From Deltaproteobacteria bacterium (GTDB lineage: Bacteria > Myxococcota_A > UBA9160 > SMWR01), in contig JAQBHB010000031.1 in assembly GCA_032128115.1 (NCBI GenBank), positions 1 to 64,000 on the forward strand: DNA of 64,000 nt, given 5' to 3'. The notes under the pieces were generated by a model. The model searched no databases, was not told the DNA's origin, and saw only the letters and a program-made list of their open reading frames with translations. Made by a program: the position numbers and the translations under genes. Positions 37,280-47,342 of the stretch are shown in pieces. Numbering within the stretch: the stretch's first letter is position 1; every line of letters starts with the position of its first letter.

Positions 37280-38616
37280 AGCGGGTTCTCATCGTCGACG
37301 ACGATCGCCGGACGCGGCGGATCCTGCAGATCCTGGTGGAGAGACTCGGCCTCGAGTCGGTCGCGTTCGAGAGCGCCGAAGCCGCGCTCGAGGACCTGAA
37401 CGCAGAGTCTGCCGCACTGATCCTGACGGATCTCAAGATGCCGGGCACCGACGGGATCGAGTTCATGCGGCGCCTCCGCCAGCTGGACGAACAGGTTCCC
37501 GTGATCGTTCTCACGGCCTACGGAACCGTCGCTGCCGCCGTCGAGGCAATGAAGCTCGGAGCCGTGGACTTCGTGGCCAAGCCATTCGACGTAGATGCCC
37601 TCGAGCTGCTGATCCAGCGATCTCTCGAGATGTCCAGACATCGGGTGGAGAACCGGTATCTGCGCGAGCAGGTAGACAGCGTTCCCCAATTCGAGGACAT
37701 CGTTGGCTCCTCGCCGCCCATGCGGGAGATTTTCGAGCTGATCCGGAAGGTGGCACCCACGAAGAGTGCGGTGCTCATCACTGGAGAGACGGGAACCGGC
37801 AAGGAACTGGTGGCTCGTGCCATCCACAAGCTGAGCCCGCGCGTCGAACATCTCTTCGTTCCGCTCAATTGCGCAGCGATTCCGTCGGAACTTCTCGAAA
37901 GCGAACTCTTCGGGCACGTGCGCGGCGCCTTCAGCGGCGCCCAGTCCGATCGGGAGGGTCGGTTCGGGGCGGCCGACGGCGGCACCCTGTTTCTCGACGA
38001 GATCGGAGACATGGATCAGCGTCTGCAAGCGAAGCTGCTGCGCGCGCTCCAGGACGGAGTCATCGAGCCGGTGGGAAGCAATCGTCGTGTCCCGGTGAAC
38101 GTGCGGATCGTCTCTTCGACCCATCGCGACCTGGAAGCCGCGATCCGGGAGGGCAGCTTCCGGGAAGATCTCTTCTACCGTCTGAACGTATTCCGGATCG
38201 AACTTCCGCCGCTGCGCGAACGCGCAGGCGACATCCCGGTAATCGCCGCGGCATTTCTCCGGGAGTTCGGCCGGGATGTGGGAAAGGGGCCACTGGGCCT
38301 GAGCGAGGACGCCGCCACCGCTCTCCAGCATTACCGATGGTCGGGAAACGTGCGCGAGCTTCGCAACGTCATGGAACGAGCTGCGGTGCTGGCCTTCTCC
38401 GAGACCGTCGACCAGGAGCTGGTCGACACCCTCCTGCCCGCCGCAGCGCACCCGGGCGAGGAAAGCCTGGACCTGGCCGGCGCGGTGGCCGAGATCGAGC
38501 GACGCACGATCCTGCGGGCGCTCGCCGTCACCCAGGACAACAAGACCGAGGCCGCCTCGCTGCTCGGGATCGGGGAGCGCACGCTGTGGACGAAGCTGAA
38601 GAAACACGGCCTCTGA
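37276..38616 (+). CDS. sigma-54-dependent response regulator (NtrC/AtoC family)
   Basis: Receiver domain; GETGTGKE, ESELFGH..GAFSGA, LFLDEIG, WSGNVREL, Fis-type HTH. Confidence 0.95.
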   Translation: MKRVLIVDDDRRTRRILQILVERLGLESVAFESAEAALEDLNAESAALILTDLKMPGTDGIEFMRRLRQLDEQVPVIVLTAYGTVAAAVEAMKLGAVDFVAKPFDVDALELLIQRSLEMSRHRVENRYLREQVDSVPQFEDIVGSSPPMREIFELIRKVAPTKSAVLITGETGTGKELVARAIHKLSPRVEHLFVPLNCAAIPSELLESELFGHVRGAFSGAQSDREGRFGAADGGTLFLDEIGDMDQRLQAKLLRALQDGVIEPVGSNRRVPVNVRIVSSTHRDLEAAIREGSFREDLFYRLNVFRIELPPLRERAGDIPVIAAAFLREFGRDVGKGPLGLSEDAATALQHYRWSGNVRELRNVMERAAVLAFSETVDQELVDTLLPAAAHPGEESLDLAGAVAEIERRTILRALAVTQDNKTEAASLLGIGERTLWTKLKKHGL

Positions 38617-38619
38617 TTC

Positions 38620-38634
38620 GCAAGCCTCGTGCCA
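38620..38634 (-). promoter_or_regulatory. consensus sigma-54 (-24/-12) promoter
   Basis: TGGCAC-GAGGC-TTGC on the minus strand, 3 bp beyond the regulator stop codon. Confidence 0.7.
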
Positions 38635-38704
38635 CCCCAGGGGCGCCCTGAAGCGGTTCCGCAAGCCCGCCGTCGCCCCATCCCTGCCGGAATCGGCACG
38701 GGCC

Positions 38705-38741
38705 CTGCAGGATCCGGCAGGATCCTGCAGGATCCGGCAGG
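38705..38741. repeat. 10-bp phased repeat / palindrome, candidate bEBP enhancer (UAS)
   Basis: C(T/G)GCAGGATC about 3.7 copies; perfect palindrome GGATCCTGCAGGATCC at 38720-38735. Confidence 0.7.
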
Positions 38742-38830
38742 GTGGCCGGTCAGGGGGCAATCACCACGACTCCCCCGCGGCCTTCGAGACGGGGTCCACG
38801 ATTCACGGCACGGGATGCCGCGGAGCGTCG

Positions 38831-39907
38831 CTACGCCAGAAACTCCCAGCACTCCAGGTCGACCGCGTGTTGCAGGTGGCGCTCGATCATGGCCGCAAAC
38901 ATGCGATCGCCGCGCTCGTCCTGGCCCGTGAACATGCAACCGAGCACGGTGATCATGATTCCGTGTAGAGCACTACGTCGATACAGCTGCCAGCACTCGT
39001 CGCTTGCGATTTCCATGCCCAGGAACGCGAGCTCGCGCCGGTAGATCTCCACCAGCTCCGATTCGTGTTCACGCCGCGTCGCGACAGCTAGCCCTCCGCC
39101 CAGGAAATAGGCCACGTCGATCAGCGGACAGGTGTGCTGCACGGTCTGCCAGTCCACGACGGCGATCGGGGGGCCGCCCTCCCCGGTTCCGAACAGCAGG
39201 TTCTCCAGGCGGTAGTCCGCGTGCACCAGGGTCCGGCAGCCGGGAAACCCGAGGGACCAGCTGGCGAACGATCGGATGTAGCGCTCGGCCATGGCGGCTC
39301 CCTCGGGCGAGATCACGTCCTCGAACCGCCGGAAGAAACCCGGCCACATCTGCTGGAGCAGGATCTGCCCGAACTCGGCGGCCTCGGGGGTGGTGGACAT
39401 CAGCCAGTCCAGGTGCTCGAGTCGAGAATCGCCGACAAGAGGACCGTGCAGCTTGGCCGCCTCGCGAATCGCGAGTTCCGCACGATCGGGACCGCAACCC
39501 AGGATCTGATCACCGGGCCGAGCAGGAGCGAGATCCTCCATCAGGATCACGAAATCGGTCTGGTTCTCGTGAATCCGGGCCAGATACACGTGCGGCGTGC
39601 GCATGGGAATCCGGGACGCAATCTCGCGATAGAAACAGACCTCCCGGCGATAGGCGCCACCGGTGCCCGCGTTGGCACGCGAGGTCGCATCTGCCGCCGG
39701 CAGCTTGGCGACCAGGGAGGCGGGCGCGGTGGGAGAAGCGTCCTCGTAGGTGAGCGTGTAGCGGACGTTGTCGCCCATCTTCCCGGTCCCGATCACCTGC
39801 CAGCGCACGTCTCGTACTCGCCCCTCTGGCAGCAGCCCGACTTCGCGGAGGGCGGCGGTGAGCCAGTCCGTATCGAGGGCGCCCGGTTCGGTGACGATGT
39901 CCGGCAT
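38831..39907 (-). CDS. phosphotransferase (APH/EcKinase-like)
   Basis: YRREVCFY, ILMEDL, LVHADYRLEN, VVDWQ. Confidence 0.9.
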   Translation of the reverse strand: MPDIVTEPGALDTDWLTAALREVGLLPEGRVRDVRWQVIGTGKMGDNVRYTLTYEDASPTAPASLVAKLPAADATSRANAGTGGAYRREVCFYREIASRIPMRTPHVYLARIHENQTDFVILMEDLAPARPGDQILGCGPDRAELAIREAAKLHGPLVGDSRLEHLDWLMSTTPEAAEFGQILLQQMWPGFFRRFEDVISPEGAAMAERYIRSFASWSLGFPGCRTLVHADYRLENLLFGTGEGGPPIAVVDWQTVQHTCPLIDVAYFLGGGLAVATRREHESELVEIYRRELAFLGMEIASDECWQLYRRSALHGIMITVLGCMFTGQDERGDRMFAAMIERHLQHAVDLECWEFLA

Positions 39908-39921
39908 GGGAATCGAATCTC

Positions 39922-40524
39922 ATGATGACACCCCTGATGGAAGAATTGCGCCTACAATCCCCCCTCTTCGAGGACCGCGCGATTCCCGCGCCGGGAGGGA
40001 CAAGGATGGTCAATCTGCCTCCGCCCATCGAGGAAGTGCACAGACGCGCCCGCGCCCGCACCGCCGCGTCCGTCATCACCATCCTGGTCGTTTGCGGCGC
40101 TCTCACCTGTGGCGGCGCTGCGATCTGGCTCTTCCAGAGTGAGATGGGTCAAGAGCTACTGGCGGCCGCCAGCGGGACGATCGAGATCGCCCAGTCGGGG
40201 CTGACCGCCCCCGGCACGGATGAGCTGCGCGCGGCGGGCTGCCAGATCGCGATGGTGGTGGATTTCGGGGACATGCTCCAGCTGGTGAAGGCCCTCGTCG
40301 ACGAGGACGAGATGCAGGCCGTGCTGGACGAGGAGATCCCCCCGGACACTCAGGTCGTGACCTGTGACGCGGCGGGCGCCGAGGGGATTTCCTGCCAGGA
40401 CGTGGCCCGGGTCTACGTCGAGGCCGTCGCGCCGTCCCAGGCCTTCTTCGTGCACCTCCAAGGAGGCGACGAGGAGTGCCAAGCCGCCTTCGATTCGTCG
40501 GGTGAGCCTCTCCCGGACGAATGA
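39922..40524 (+). CDS. hypothetical single-TM protein with Cys-containing acidic ectodomain
   Basis: One hydrophobic helix; GC3-rich codons; start uncertain. Confidence 0.6.
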   Translation: MMTPLMEELRLQSPLFEDRAIPAPGGTRMVNLPPPIEEVHRRARARTAASVITILVVCGALTCGGAAIWLFQSEMGQELLAAASGTIEIAQSGLTAPGTDELRAAGCQIAMVVDFGDMLQLVKALVDEDEMQAVLDEEIPPDTQVVTCDAAGAEGISCQDVARVYVEAVAPSQAFFVHLQGGDEECQAAFDSSGEPLPDE

Positions 40525-40575
40525 CTCGCGGGCTTCGTGTAGAATCCGGAGAAACCGGCGAAGGGAGCGAGCAGC

Positions 40576-41055
40576 ATGGCCAGCATGCACGATTTCGAGA
40601 TGGATTCCATCACTGGTGAGACGCTGAGCCTTTCGCAGTATCGGGGCCGCGTCTGCCTGGTGGTCAACCTCGCCAGCCAGTGAGGAATGACCTCCCAGTA
40701 CGCAGGTCTGCGTACCCTTCACGAAGATCATGAAGACCGGGGATTCAGTGTCCTTGGCTTCCCGTGCAACCAGTTCGGCGCCCAGGAGCCCGGCAGCAAC
40801 CAGGAGATCCTGGAGTTCGCCCAGTCGAAATTCGGGGCCGGTTTTCCCATGTTCGCGAAGACCGAGGTGAACGGAGACGGTGCCTGCGATCTCTACGCGT
40901 TCCTCAAGGCGGGCCACCCGGACGAAGAGGGCAACGAGGACATCGGCTGGAACTTCACCAAGTTCCTGGTGGGGCGTGACGGCCAGGTGATCGCACGCTT
41001 TGGGCCGGGCGTCCCGCCCGGGGAGATTGCGAAGGCGCTAGCGGGACACCTCTGA
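40576..41055 (+). CDS. gpx: selenocysteine-containing glutathione peroxidase (Sec36)
   Basis: MASMHDF...LVVNLASQ-TGA(40681)-GMTSQY...GFPCNQFGAQEPG...WNFTKFLV; TGA sits at the peroxidatic Cys position. Confidence 0.92.
40698..40715 (+). promoter_or_regulatory. bacterial SECIS hairpin
   Basis: GTACGCAG-GT-CTGCGTAC stem starting 14 nt after the UGA; contains GCAGGTCTGC as in the E. coli fdhF SECIS apical part. Confidence 0.8.
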
Positions 41056-41068
41056 CCCACGCCCGGAG

Positions 41069-41515
41069 CTAACCCGGTTCGACGCTCACCTGGGTGCGAA
41101 CCGAGTTGGCGATGAAGCAGTGCTCGTGGGCCATTTCGTGGAGCCGGGCGAGTTGGCCATCAGACGGGGGGCCGTCGCGGAACTCCACCCTGGGGCGCAG
41201 GCTGACGCGCGTGACGGCGAGCCTTCCCTGCTCGTTCTTCTCCATGAAGCCCACGGCGGCGTCTGTGTAGCGATCCACCACCAGGCGCTTGCGCGCGGCG
41301 AGCGCCAGGAAGGTGAGCATGTGGCAGCTGGCGATGGCCGCCACGAAGGCCTCCTCCGGGTCGACCCGGCTGGGGTCTCCCAGATAGCCCGGCGCGGCCG
41401 AGGCGGCGACAACCACCCCCGACCCGAAGCGCCAGTCGTGGTTGCGGGTGTAGCCCTCGTACGAGAAATCGCCGCCGCTTCGCTCCCAGGAGATCGTGGC
41501 CGCGTGTTCCGACAT
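41069..41515 (-). CDS. OsmC/Ohr-family protein
   Basis: DPEEAFVAAIASCHMLTFL and AHEHCFIANSV. Confidence 0.92.
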   Translation of the reverse strand: MSEHAATISWERSGGDFSYEGYTRNHDWRFGSGVVVAASAAPGYLGDPSRVDPEEAFVAAIASCHMLTFLALAARKRLVVDRYTDAAVGFMEKNEQGRLAVTRVSLRPRVEFRDGPPSDGQLARLHEMAHEHCFIANSVRTQVSVEPG

Positions 41516-41547
41516 GCAGCCAGTCTAGCCTGGGTCCCGGGCTTCGC

Positions 41548-43251
41548 TCAGAGCCTGACCCTCGACACCCGGGTGTAGACTTCCTCGCTCACCTGGGCCT
41601 CGTACAGCGTTTCCAGGCGCCACCGCGCGTCCAGATGCACCGAGTCGTCCGACGGGCGTTCATCTTCGTAACGCACCTGCTGGATCACCAGGATGTTGGG
41701 AAACGCGTGGGTCTCCAGGCGACCCAACAGCTCTTCGCGATGCGTGTTTGCGTACTCGCCGGACACGACACCCCAGCCCTGCACGACGTACCAATAGGGC
41801 GTATCGAAGATGATCAGGTTGTTGCGATCGGGGAAGTGCTCGTCCAGGTAGTCCAGGTTCTGGTGGTAGTCGTGGATCGCAACGGTCTGGCTCGCAGCGT
41901 GGGTTTCCGCAGCGAAGGGCCAGTACGCGACGATCAGACCCACCGCTGCCACCCCGACGTAGCTCCTCGGGAGATTCCAGTGCCGAGCCAACGCCGCCAG
42001 GAGCGATACGGCCGCGACGGCAAGTATCGGCAGGAACAGGATTCCGAAGCGGCTCGCGAAGATCACCGTCAGGTTCCCCCAGTAGTAACTGAAGACGACG
42101 ATGGATTGGGTGAGCACGCACAGGGCGAGAAGAGCGAGCAGGCTCACCCGATCGGCGCGCAGGCTTCCCCGGTCGCGCCAGAGTCGGTACGCCGCATAGG
42201 CCAGGCCCGCGAGCGCCAGGTAGAACACCGGCGGCACCGATCCGTACCAGACCTCCTGGCGGGTGAAGTAGTCCCAGGCATGACCGAGATTCGCCGGGAT
42301 CCGGTCGAGGGCGAAGAATGACTCGCCGTTCCGAACGCCGAAGTCGCCGCGTTGGGTGGCGAGGCGACGCTGCCAGAGAATCGGGAGGAACAGGAAGGGC
42401 AGGATCGCAGAGCGGTAGCTGAGCGCCCGATAGTCCTTCGCGCGCAGGATCCCGATCAATACCGCGCCGAAACACAGGACCCACAGAGGCGACTCGTAAC
42501 GGATCTGCGCCAGGATCACGAGCGTGAGGCCCAGCCTTTCCAGATCCCGTGTGTTTCGCTCCCGCAGGAACCGCTGAAACAGCCAGAAGGACAGCAGCAG
42601 AAACAGCAGCTGGAAGACTTCGAACCCCCCCGACGTGGTGCATGTGATCAGGACAGGGAAGGAAGCCAGAAACACCATCCCCATCATTCCCCAGAAACGG
42701 TCGAATTCCCGCTGCAACACGCCGTAGAAGATGAACAGGCTCATGGCTGCCGACAGGGCGTTCACCACGAACACGTTGTCCGCGCGGTATCCCGAAACGG
42801 TATGCACGAGGGACACGAAGAAGGGGAAGAAGAGAGGGCGCCGACCCACGAACTGGGTGACGATCTCGTAGTTGCCCAGCGTTCGCAGCGATTCCCAGGC
42901 CACGAGAACCGACTGCTCGTAATACATGGAAAACGACACCGCGGCCAGGTGGATCTCGTCGTTGAAGATCCGGAATCTGGGTTCGCTCACCAGCGTGAAG
43001 CCCAGGCCCAGCAGCATCGCCACGGCCAGCGCAAGCCCGTGCTTTCGCGCCAGATCCGCCCATGAGAATTCAAAGCGCTGCGGAAGCAGCGTCTGGAGCC
43101 ACAACAGGAAGGTCGCAAGCAGCAGGAACCAGGTCGCGGACCGGTGCCACTGCATGATTCGCGGGTCGCCGGGGACGACCCCAAGGATGATGGTCAGACA
43201 GGCAGAGATCCCTACGAGAACGGGATTCAGGCTGGCGCAGGCATGAAACAC
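41548..43251 (-). CDS. polytopic membrane protein, GT-C (ArnT/PMT-like) glycosyltransferase candidate
   Basis: Many TM helices; DE motif in first loop (FNDE), RPLFFP, RYE; start uncertain. Confidence 0.65.
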   Translation of the reverse strand: MFHACASLNPVLVGISACLTIILGVVPGDPRIMQWHRSATWFLLLATFLLWLQTLLPQRFEFSWADLARKHGLALAVAMLLGLGFTLVSEPRFRIFNDEIHLAAVSFSMYYEQSVLVAWESLRTLGNYEIVTQFVGRRPLFFPFFVSLVHTVSGYRADNVFVVNALSAAMSLFIFYGVLQREFDRFWGMMGMVFLASFPVLITCTTSGGFEVFQLLFLLLSFWLFQRFLRERNTRDLERLGLTLVILAQIRYESPLWVLCFGAVLIGILRAKDYRALSYRSAILPFLFLPILWQRRLATQRGDFGVRNGESFFALDRIPANLGHAWDYFTRQEVWYGSVPPVFYLALAGLAYAAYRLWRDRGSLRADRVSLLALLALCVLTQSIVVFSYYWGNLTVIFASRFGILFLPILAVAAVSLLAALARHWNLPRSYVGVAAVGLIVAYWPFAAETHAASQTVAIHDYHQNLDYLDEHFPDRNNLIIFDTPYWYVVQGWGVVSGEYANTHREELLGRLETHAFPNILVIQQVRYEDERPSDDSVHLDARWRLETLYEAQVSEEVYTRVSRVRL

Positions 43252-43307
43252 GCCTTACGGATCGGCGTGTTCCCCGTGGTGCTGTAGGCACCGTGGGAAG
43301 GCGGGAC

Positions 43308-45362
43308 CTAGGGTGCGGGCTGTCGCGATTCCACGTAGCGCCGGATCAGCTCCACTTCGTCCGGGCCGATGTAGAGCTCCATTTTCGGCATGCCAGTACC
43401 TGGCAGGCCGGAGAGCGCAACCTGGTCGAAGACGCCGCCCAGGCGCAGAAGCGATGCGCGCAGGTCCGGCACCCCGCTCGAGGACACCACGCCACTGCCG
43501 TGACAGCGCGCGCACCACTTGTGGTAGAGGCGCTCGCCGTCGGCCAGCTCTCCGGGGCGGGTGATGAAGGCCTCGATCTGTGCCGGTGTGGGCGCGGCGT
43601 CCGGCAGCGCGTACGTGAGCACGACGCCGGGACCCTTCGCCACCCCCTTTGCAGCGGTGCCGCCCAGCAGGCCGAACGCACCGCCGAAGCCCGCCATCAC
43701 GGTCACATACTGCACACCGTCCAGGTAGTAGGTGATCGGAGCCGCAATCACCCCCGTCTCCGTGTGCGCGACCCACAGGGTGCGACCGTCGTCGGCGCGG
43801 TAGGCGACGAAGCGACCATCGGCGGTTCCCTGGAAGACCAGGTTGCCGGCCGTGGTGAGCGTGCCCCCATTCCAGGGCAACCCGTAGGGCACGCGCCAGG
43901 CCTCGCTCTGGCGAACCGGGTCCCAGGCCAGCAGGTGGCCCGAGGCCACCTCCGGCGGAAACGCCGCGAACACGTTGGTGTCGGTTCCCAGGTTGAACTC
44001 GTCCGGCACCACCTGGAAGTCCGGCTCCCGGCGATAGGCGCCGAGAAACTCCTGGGCGGGGATGTACACCAGACCCGTCATCGGGTTGTACGACATGGGC
44101 TGCCAGTTGTGTCCGCCGAAAAAGGTGGGCTTCACGAAGGCGAGCCCTCCCGCGTAGTCCTGACCCGCCACCTCGACCGGCCGGCCCGATGCGTCTACGT
44201 GGGAGGCCCAGGTCACCGTTACGTAGGGTTCGGCCGAGATCAGCTCACCCGTGGCCCGGTCCAGTACGAAGAAGAAGCCGTTCTTCGGAGCCTGCATCAG
44301 CACCTTGCGCGTGCTTCCGCCGATCACGAGATCTGCCAGGATCATGTGCTGGGTGGCAGTGAAGTCCCAGGTGTCGCCTGGCGTCGTCTGGTAGTGCCAG
44401 ACGAGCTTTCCGTCGTCCGGGTCGAGCGCCAGGATCGAGCTCAGGTAGAGATTGTCGCCGCCGCCGGGGCTCCGGAGCTGGCGCACCCAGGGCGAGCCGT
44501 TGCCCGTGCCCACGTAGAGCAGGCGCAGCTGTGGGTCGTAGGCCATGGAGTCCCAGGCCGTGCCGCCGCCGCCGAGTTTCCACCACTCGCCCGACCAGGT
44601 CTTCGCCGCCTGGGTCAACGCTTCCGATTCGAAGGGCTGCGACGGATCGCCAGGAACCGTATAGGTGCGCCACACGAGTTCGCCGGATTTCGCGTCGTAG
44701 GCCGAGACGTAGCCGCGGACGCCCAGCTCGGCGCCGCCGTTCCCGATCACCACCCGGCCCTCGACGATCCGGGGCGCACCGGTGATGGTGTACGGAAGCG
44801 AAGGATCGACGGTAACCACCTCCCAGTCGGGCAGCCCGGTCTTCGCGTCCAGGGCGATCAGCCGCCCGTCCAGGCTTCCCACGTAGACGCGCCCGCGATA
44901 GAGGGCGACGCCGCGGTTCACCACGTCGCAACAGGCCCGCTTGCCCGTCTCGCGGGGAACGCGCGGGTCGTAGCGCCAGAGCAGGTCGCCACTGCGGGCG
45001 TCCAGAGCGAACACGACGCTCCAGGTGCTGGTCGTGTACATCACGCCGTCCACCACCAGGGGTGTCGCCTCGAGACCCCGGACGCTGCCCGTGGGGAACG
45101 ACCAGCGCAGCTGCAGGCCCGCAACGGTCTCGGCGTTGAGCTGGTCCAGCGGACTGAAGCGCTCCTCCGCGTAGGTGCGGCCGTGAGTGATCCAGCTGTC
45201 CGGCTCGCTCGCCGCGGCCACCAGCCGGGCGTCGTCGATGGCACCCGGCGCTGCATCAGCTATCGGCGAGGCCGCCTCGTCGTCCCCGCACCCGAAAGCG
45301 AGGCTGGCGAAGCACAAGGCCGCCACGAATCCGAATCGAGCCGGAATCCACGCGTTCCTCAT
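43308..45362 (-). CDS. PQQ-dependent quinohaemoprotein alcohol dehydrogenase (type II)
   Basis: AFGC lipobox; ACCDVVNRG vicinal disulfide, GNGGAE, WDFTATQ, KNGFF, GGHNW; C-terminal CARCH. Confidence 0.93.
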   Translation of the reverse strand: MRNAWIPARFGFVAALCFASLAFGCGDDEAASPIADAAPGAIDDARLVAAASEPDSWITHGRTYAEERFSPLDQLNAETVAGLQLRWSFPTGSVRGLEATPLVVDGVMYTTSTWSVVFALDARSGDLLWRYDPRVPRETGKRACCDVVNRGVALYRGRVYVGSLDGRLIALDAKTGLPDWEVVTVDPSLPYTITGAPRIVEGRVVIGNGGAELGVRGYVSAYDAKSGELVWRTYTVPGDPSQPFESEALTQAAKTWSGEWWKLGGGGTAWDSMAYDPQLRLLYVGTGNGSPWVRQLRSPGGGDNLYLSSILALDPDDGKLVWHYQTTPGDTWDFTATQHMILADLVIGGSTRKVLMQAPKNGFFFVLDRATGELISAEPYVTVTWASHVDASGRPVEVAGQDYAGGLAFVKPTFFGGHNWQPMSYNPMTGLVYIPAQEFLGAYRREPDFQVVPDEFNLGTDTNVFAAFPPEVASGHLLAWDPVRQSEAWRVPYGLPWNGGTLTTAGNLVFQGTADGRFVAYRADDGRTLWVAHTETGVIAAPITYYLDGVQYVTVMAGFGGAFGLLGGTAAKGVAKGPGVVLTYALPDAAPTPAQIEAFITRPGELADGERLYHKWCARCHGSGVVSSSGVPDLRASLLRLGGVFDQVALSGLPGTGMPKMELYIGPDEVELIRRYVESRQPAP

Positions 45363-46321
45363 CGAAAGACCTCATTCGAAAGCTTCTCGACGATCGTCTC
45401 GGCGACGACCCGGTAGCCTTCGGCGGTGGGGTGCTGGTCGGTAAAGAAGTAGGACGGACACTCCTTCTGCTGGCACAGGGAAATGAACGGCCGGGTGAGA
45501 TCGATGAGAGGGGTCTCCGTTTCCAGCGCCACGCTGCGGATGATCGGATTCGCCAGCACATAGAAGTTCCAGCGCGCCGGATACGTCATGAAGTAGAGCG
45601 GGATGCCCAGGTCCCTTGTCTGGCGCGCGATCGTGCGGAGATTCCGTGTGAGCCCCTCCCGGTCGGTATCCGGAACCCCGTCGCGCCGGACGAATCCCAT
45701 CTCGAAGACTTCGTCTCCGAATCGCGCCACGTGGTCTCCCCGATCCGGAATCTCTCCGAGGTCGAGGGTTTCTCCCATCTCCAGCTCCAGCTCGCGGCTG
45801 TCCACGTAGCGCCGAATCAGGTAGTAGAGCTTGAAGATAAGCGAATGACGCTCGAGGAAGCTCCGGCTGGAAACTCGGGGCTGGGCGTCTCCCGTTTCGA
45901 ACGGTTGGGTCCAGAAATCGTTCACGCCCACCATCACGATCACCAGGTCCGGCTCGAAGGTGTCGACGAGGCGCGCCAGGTCTCGCACGACACGCGAAGA
46001 GTTCGTACCGGGAAACCCGAGGTTCATCACCTCGAGCTTCGGGTGGTCCACCGTCTCGTTCCAGAGAGCTTCGAGCTGCACAGGGTAGGACTCCGCCGGA
46101 TCGAGCCACATGCCGTAGGTATTCGAGTCGCCGATGCTGAGGATCCGGGTGCGCCCGGTGAGCCAGGATGCCGAGAACTCGGGCCCGGCCGGCACCACCA
46201 GCCACGCAGCAACCCGTAGCGCGATCTCGAGAGCTACGAGAAAGACCACGATTCGGATCGAGAATGTCCCGAGCCACCGAGCAGGGGTCTTCCACCGCAT
46301 CTGGGACTCCACGATCGCCAT
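45359..46321 (-). CDS. SGNH/GDSL hydrolase, membrane-anchored
   Basis: GDS, NLGFPG, GVND, DQHP; overlaps the ADH start. Confidence 0.85.
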   Translation of the reverse strand: MAIVESQMRWKTPARWLGTFSIRIVVFLVALEIALRVAAWLVVPAGPEFSASWLTGRTRILSIGDSNTYGMWLDPAESYPVQLEALWNETVDHPKLEVMNLGFPGTNSSRVVRDLARLVDTFEPDLVIVMVGVNDFWTQPFETGDAQPRVSSRSFLERHSLIFKLYYLIRRYVDSRELELEMGETLDLGEIPDRGDHVARFGDEVFEMGFVRRDGVPDTDREGLTRNLRTIARQTRDLGIPLYFMTYPARWNFYVLANPIIRSVALETETPLIDLTRPFISLCQQKECPSYFFTDQHPTAEGYRVVAETIVEKLSNEVFR

Positions 46322-46345
46322 TCGCCCGTAGGCTAACCTAGCGGG

Positions 46346-47311
46346 ATGGGGCTGCGACGGGCCGAAAAGGCAGGGACCGCCGACCCCTCGAGCCAATGGG
46401 CGCCGCGGTTGCTCGGAGCCTCGTGGCGGCAGTCGGCGCGGTCTCTCGTGTGTCCGGAGACGCCCCGCCTCGACGGGCAAACCGTCCTGATCACCGGCGG
46501 CAGCGAGGGCGTGGGGCTGGGGACCTGCCGCGGTCTGCTGGAGCGCGGCGCCCACGTGACCATGGCATCCAGGAGCGTCGAGAAGGCCGATCGCGCCTGC
46601 GCTCAGCTGCGCCGGGAGCTCGGCGCCGCAGACCCGCTCTCCCATCTTCCCCTGGACCTGTCCGACCTCTCTCGGGTGGGGGAAGCCGCGAAAGAACTGG
46701 AAGCGCGGCTCACCGGACGGCGCCTGGACGTCCTGATCTGCAACGCGGGTCTCTGGCCGCGGCGCCACGGTGTGTCGGCCCAGGGCCACGAGTTGGCGTT
46801 CGCCACCAACGTACTGGGGCACTTCCTGCTGCTCCGGCACCTGGTGGGGCGCGTGCTCGTGGAAGATGCGCGAGTGGTGATCGTGACCGGCGACATCTAC
46901 ATCCTGGCGCGCGACTGCACGCCCGATTACCCCTACCGGACGCAGCTGGGGGGCATGCTCGCCTACTGCCGCTCGAAGCTGGGAAATCTCTGGCAGGCAC
47001 GCGAACTGCAGCGGCGCCACCCGAAGCTCCAGGTCCGGGTGGCGCATCCGGGAGTCGTGGCCACCTCCCTGGGCGGCGCGCGCAAGGGACTCGCGGAAGC
47101 GATCAGCCGCCGTGTCCTGCTCGACGAAAACCAGGGAGCGCAGACACCGCTCTACTGCGTGACGCAGCCCAACATCCCCCCGGGCGCCTACGTCCACAAC
47201 GTGAGGGGGATCATGCGGCTTCGTCCCGACGACCCGGCCTGCGACGGCGCACGTGCCCGAGAGCTCTGGGAGAAATGCGAGCGGCTATGCCAGGGCCAGC
47301 TTCCCGACTGA
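46346..47311 (+). CDS. SDR oxidoreductase (retinol-DH/WWOX-like)
   Basis: TGGSEGVG, CNAG, TNVLGHF, YCRSK, HPGVV. Confidence 0.9.
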   Translation: MGLRRAEKAGTADPSSQWAPRLLGASWRQSARSLVCPETPRLDGQTVLITGGSEGVGLGTCRGLLERGAHVTMASRSVEKADRACAQLRRELGAADPLSHLPLDLSDLSRVGEAAKELEARLTGRRLDVLICNAGLWPRRHGVSAQGHELAFATNVLGHFLLLRHLVGRVLVEDARVVIVTGDIYILARDCTPDYPYRTQLGGMLAYCRSKLGNLWQARELQRRHPKLQVRVAHPGVVATSLGGARKGLAEAISRRVLLDENQGAQTPLYCVTQPNIPPGAYVHNVRGIMRLRPDDPACDGARARELWEKCERLCQGQLPD

Positions 47312-47342
47312 GCCCCGCGCCGGATCCGGGTATCTTCGGGGT

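Noticed and set aside
38694..38709. Plus-strand sigma-54-like CGGCAC-N5-CTGCA
   Set aside because: Two mismatches to consensus, overlaps the repeat, and there is no plus-strand gene downstream
35606..38760. Two long minus-strand ORFs (530 and 524 aa) near the sigma-54 promoter
   Set aside because: Antisense shadows of the HK and RR with no recognisable domains; the second starts upstream of the promoter
40687..41055. GPx as a 122-aa protein or nonsense pseudogene
   Set aside because: It would lack the catalytic residue; the TGA position and adjacent hairpin fit Sec recoding better
43308..45362. Lanthanide-dependent ADH
   Set aside because: The active-site segment reads WDFT, lacking the additional Asp (D-x-D) of lanthanide enzymes
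43293..45416. 707-aa plus-strand ORF (likewise 28485-30593 and 51446-53794)
   Set aside because: Shadow or alternative-frame ORFs overlapping well-supported genes
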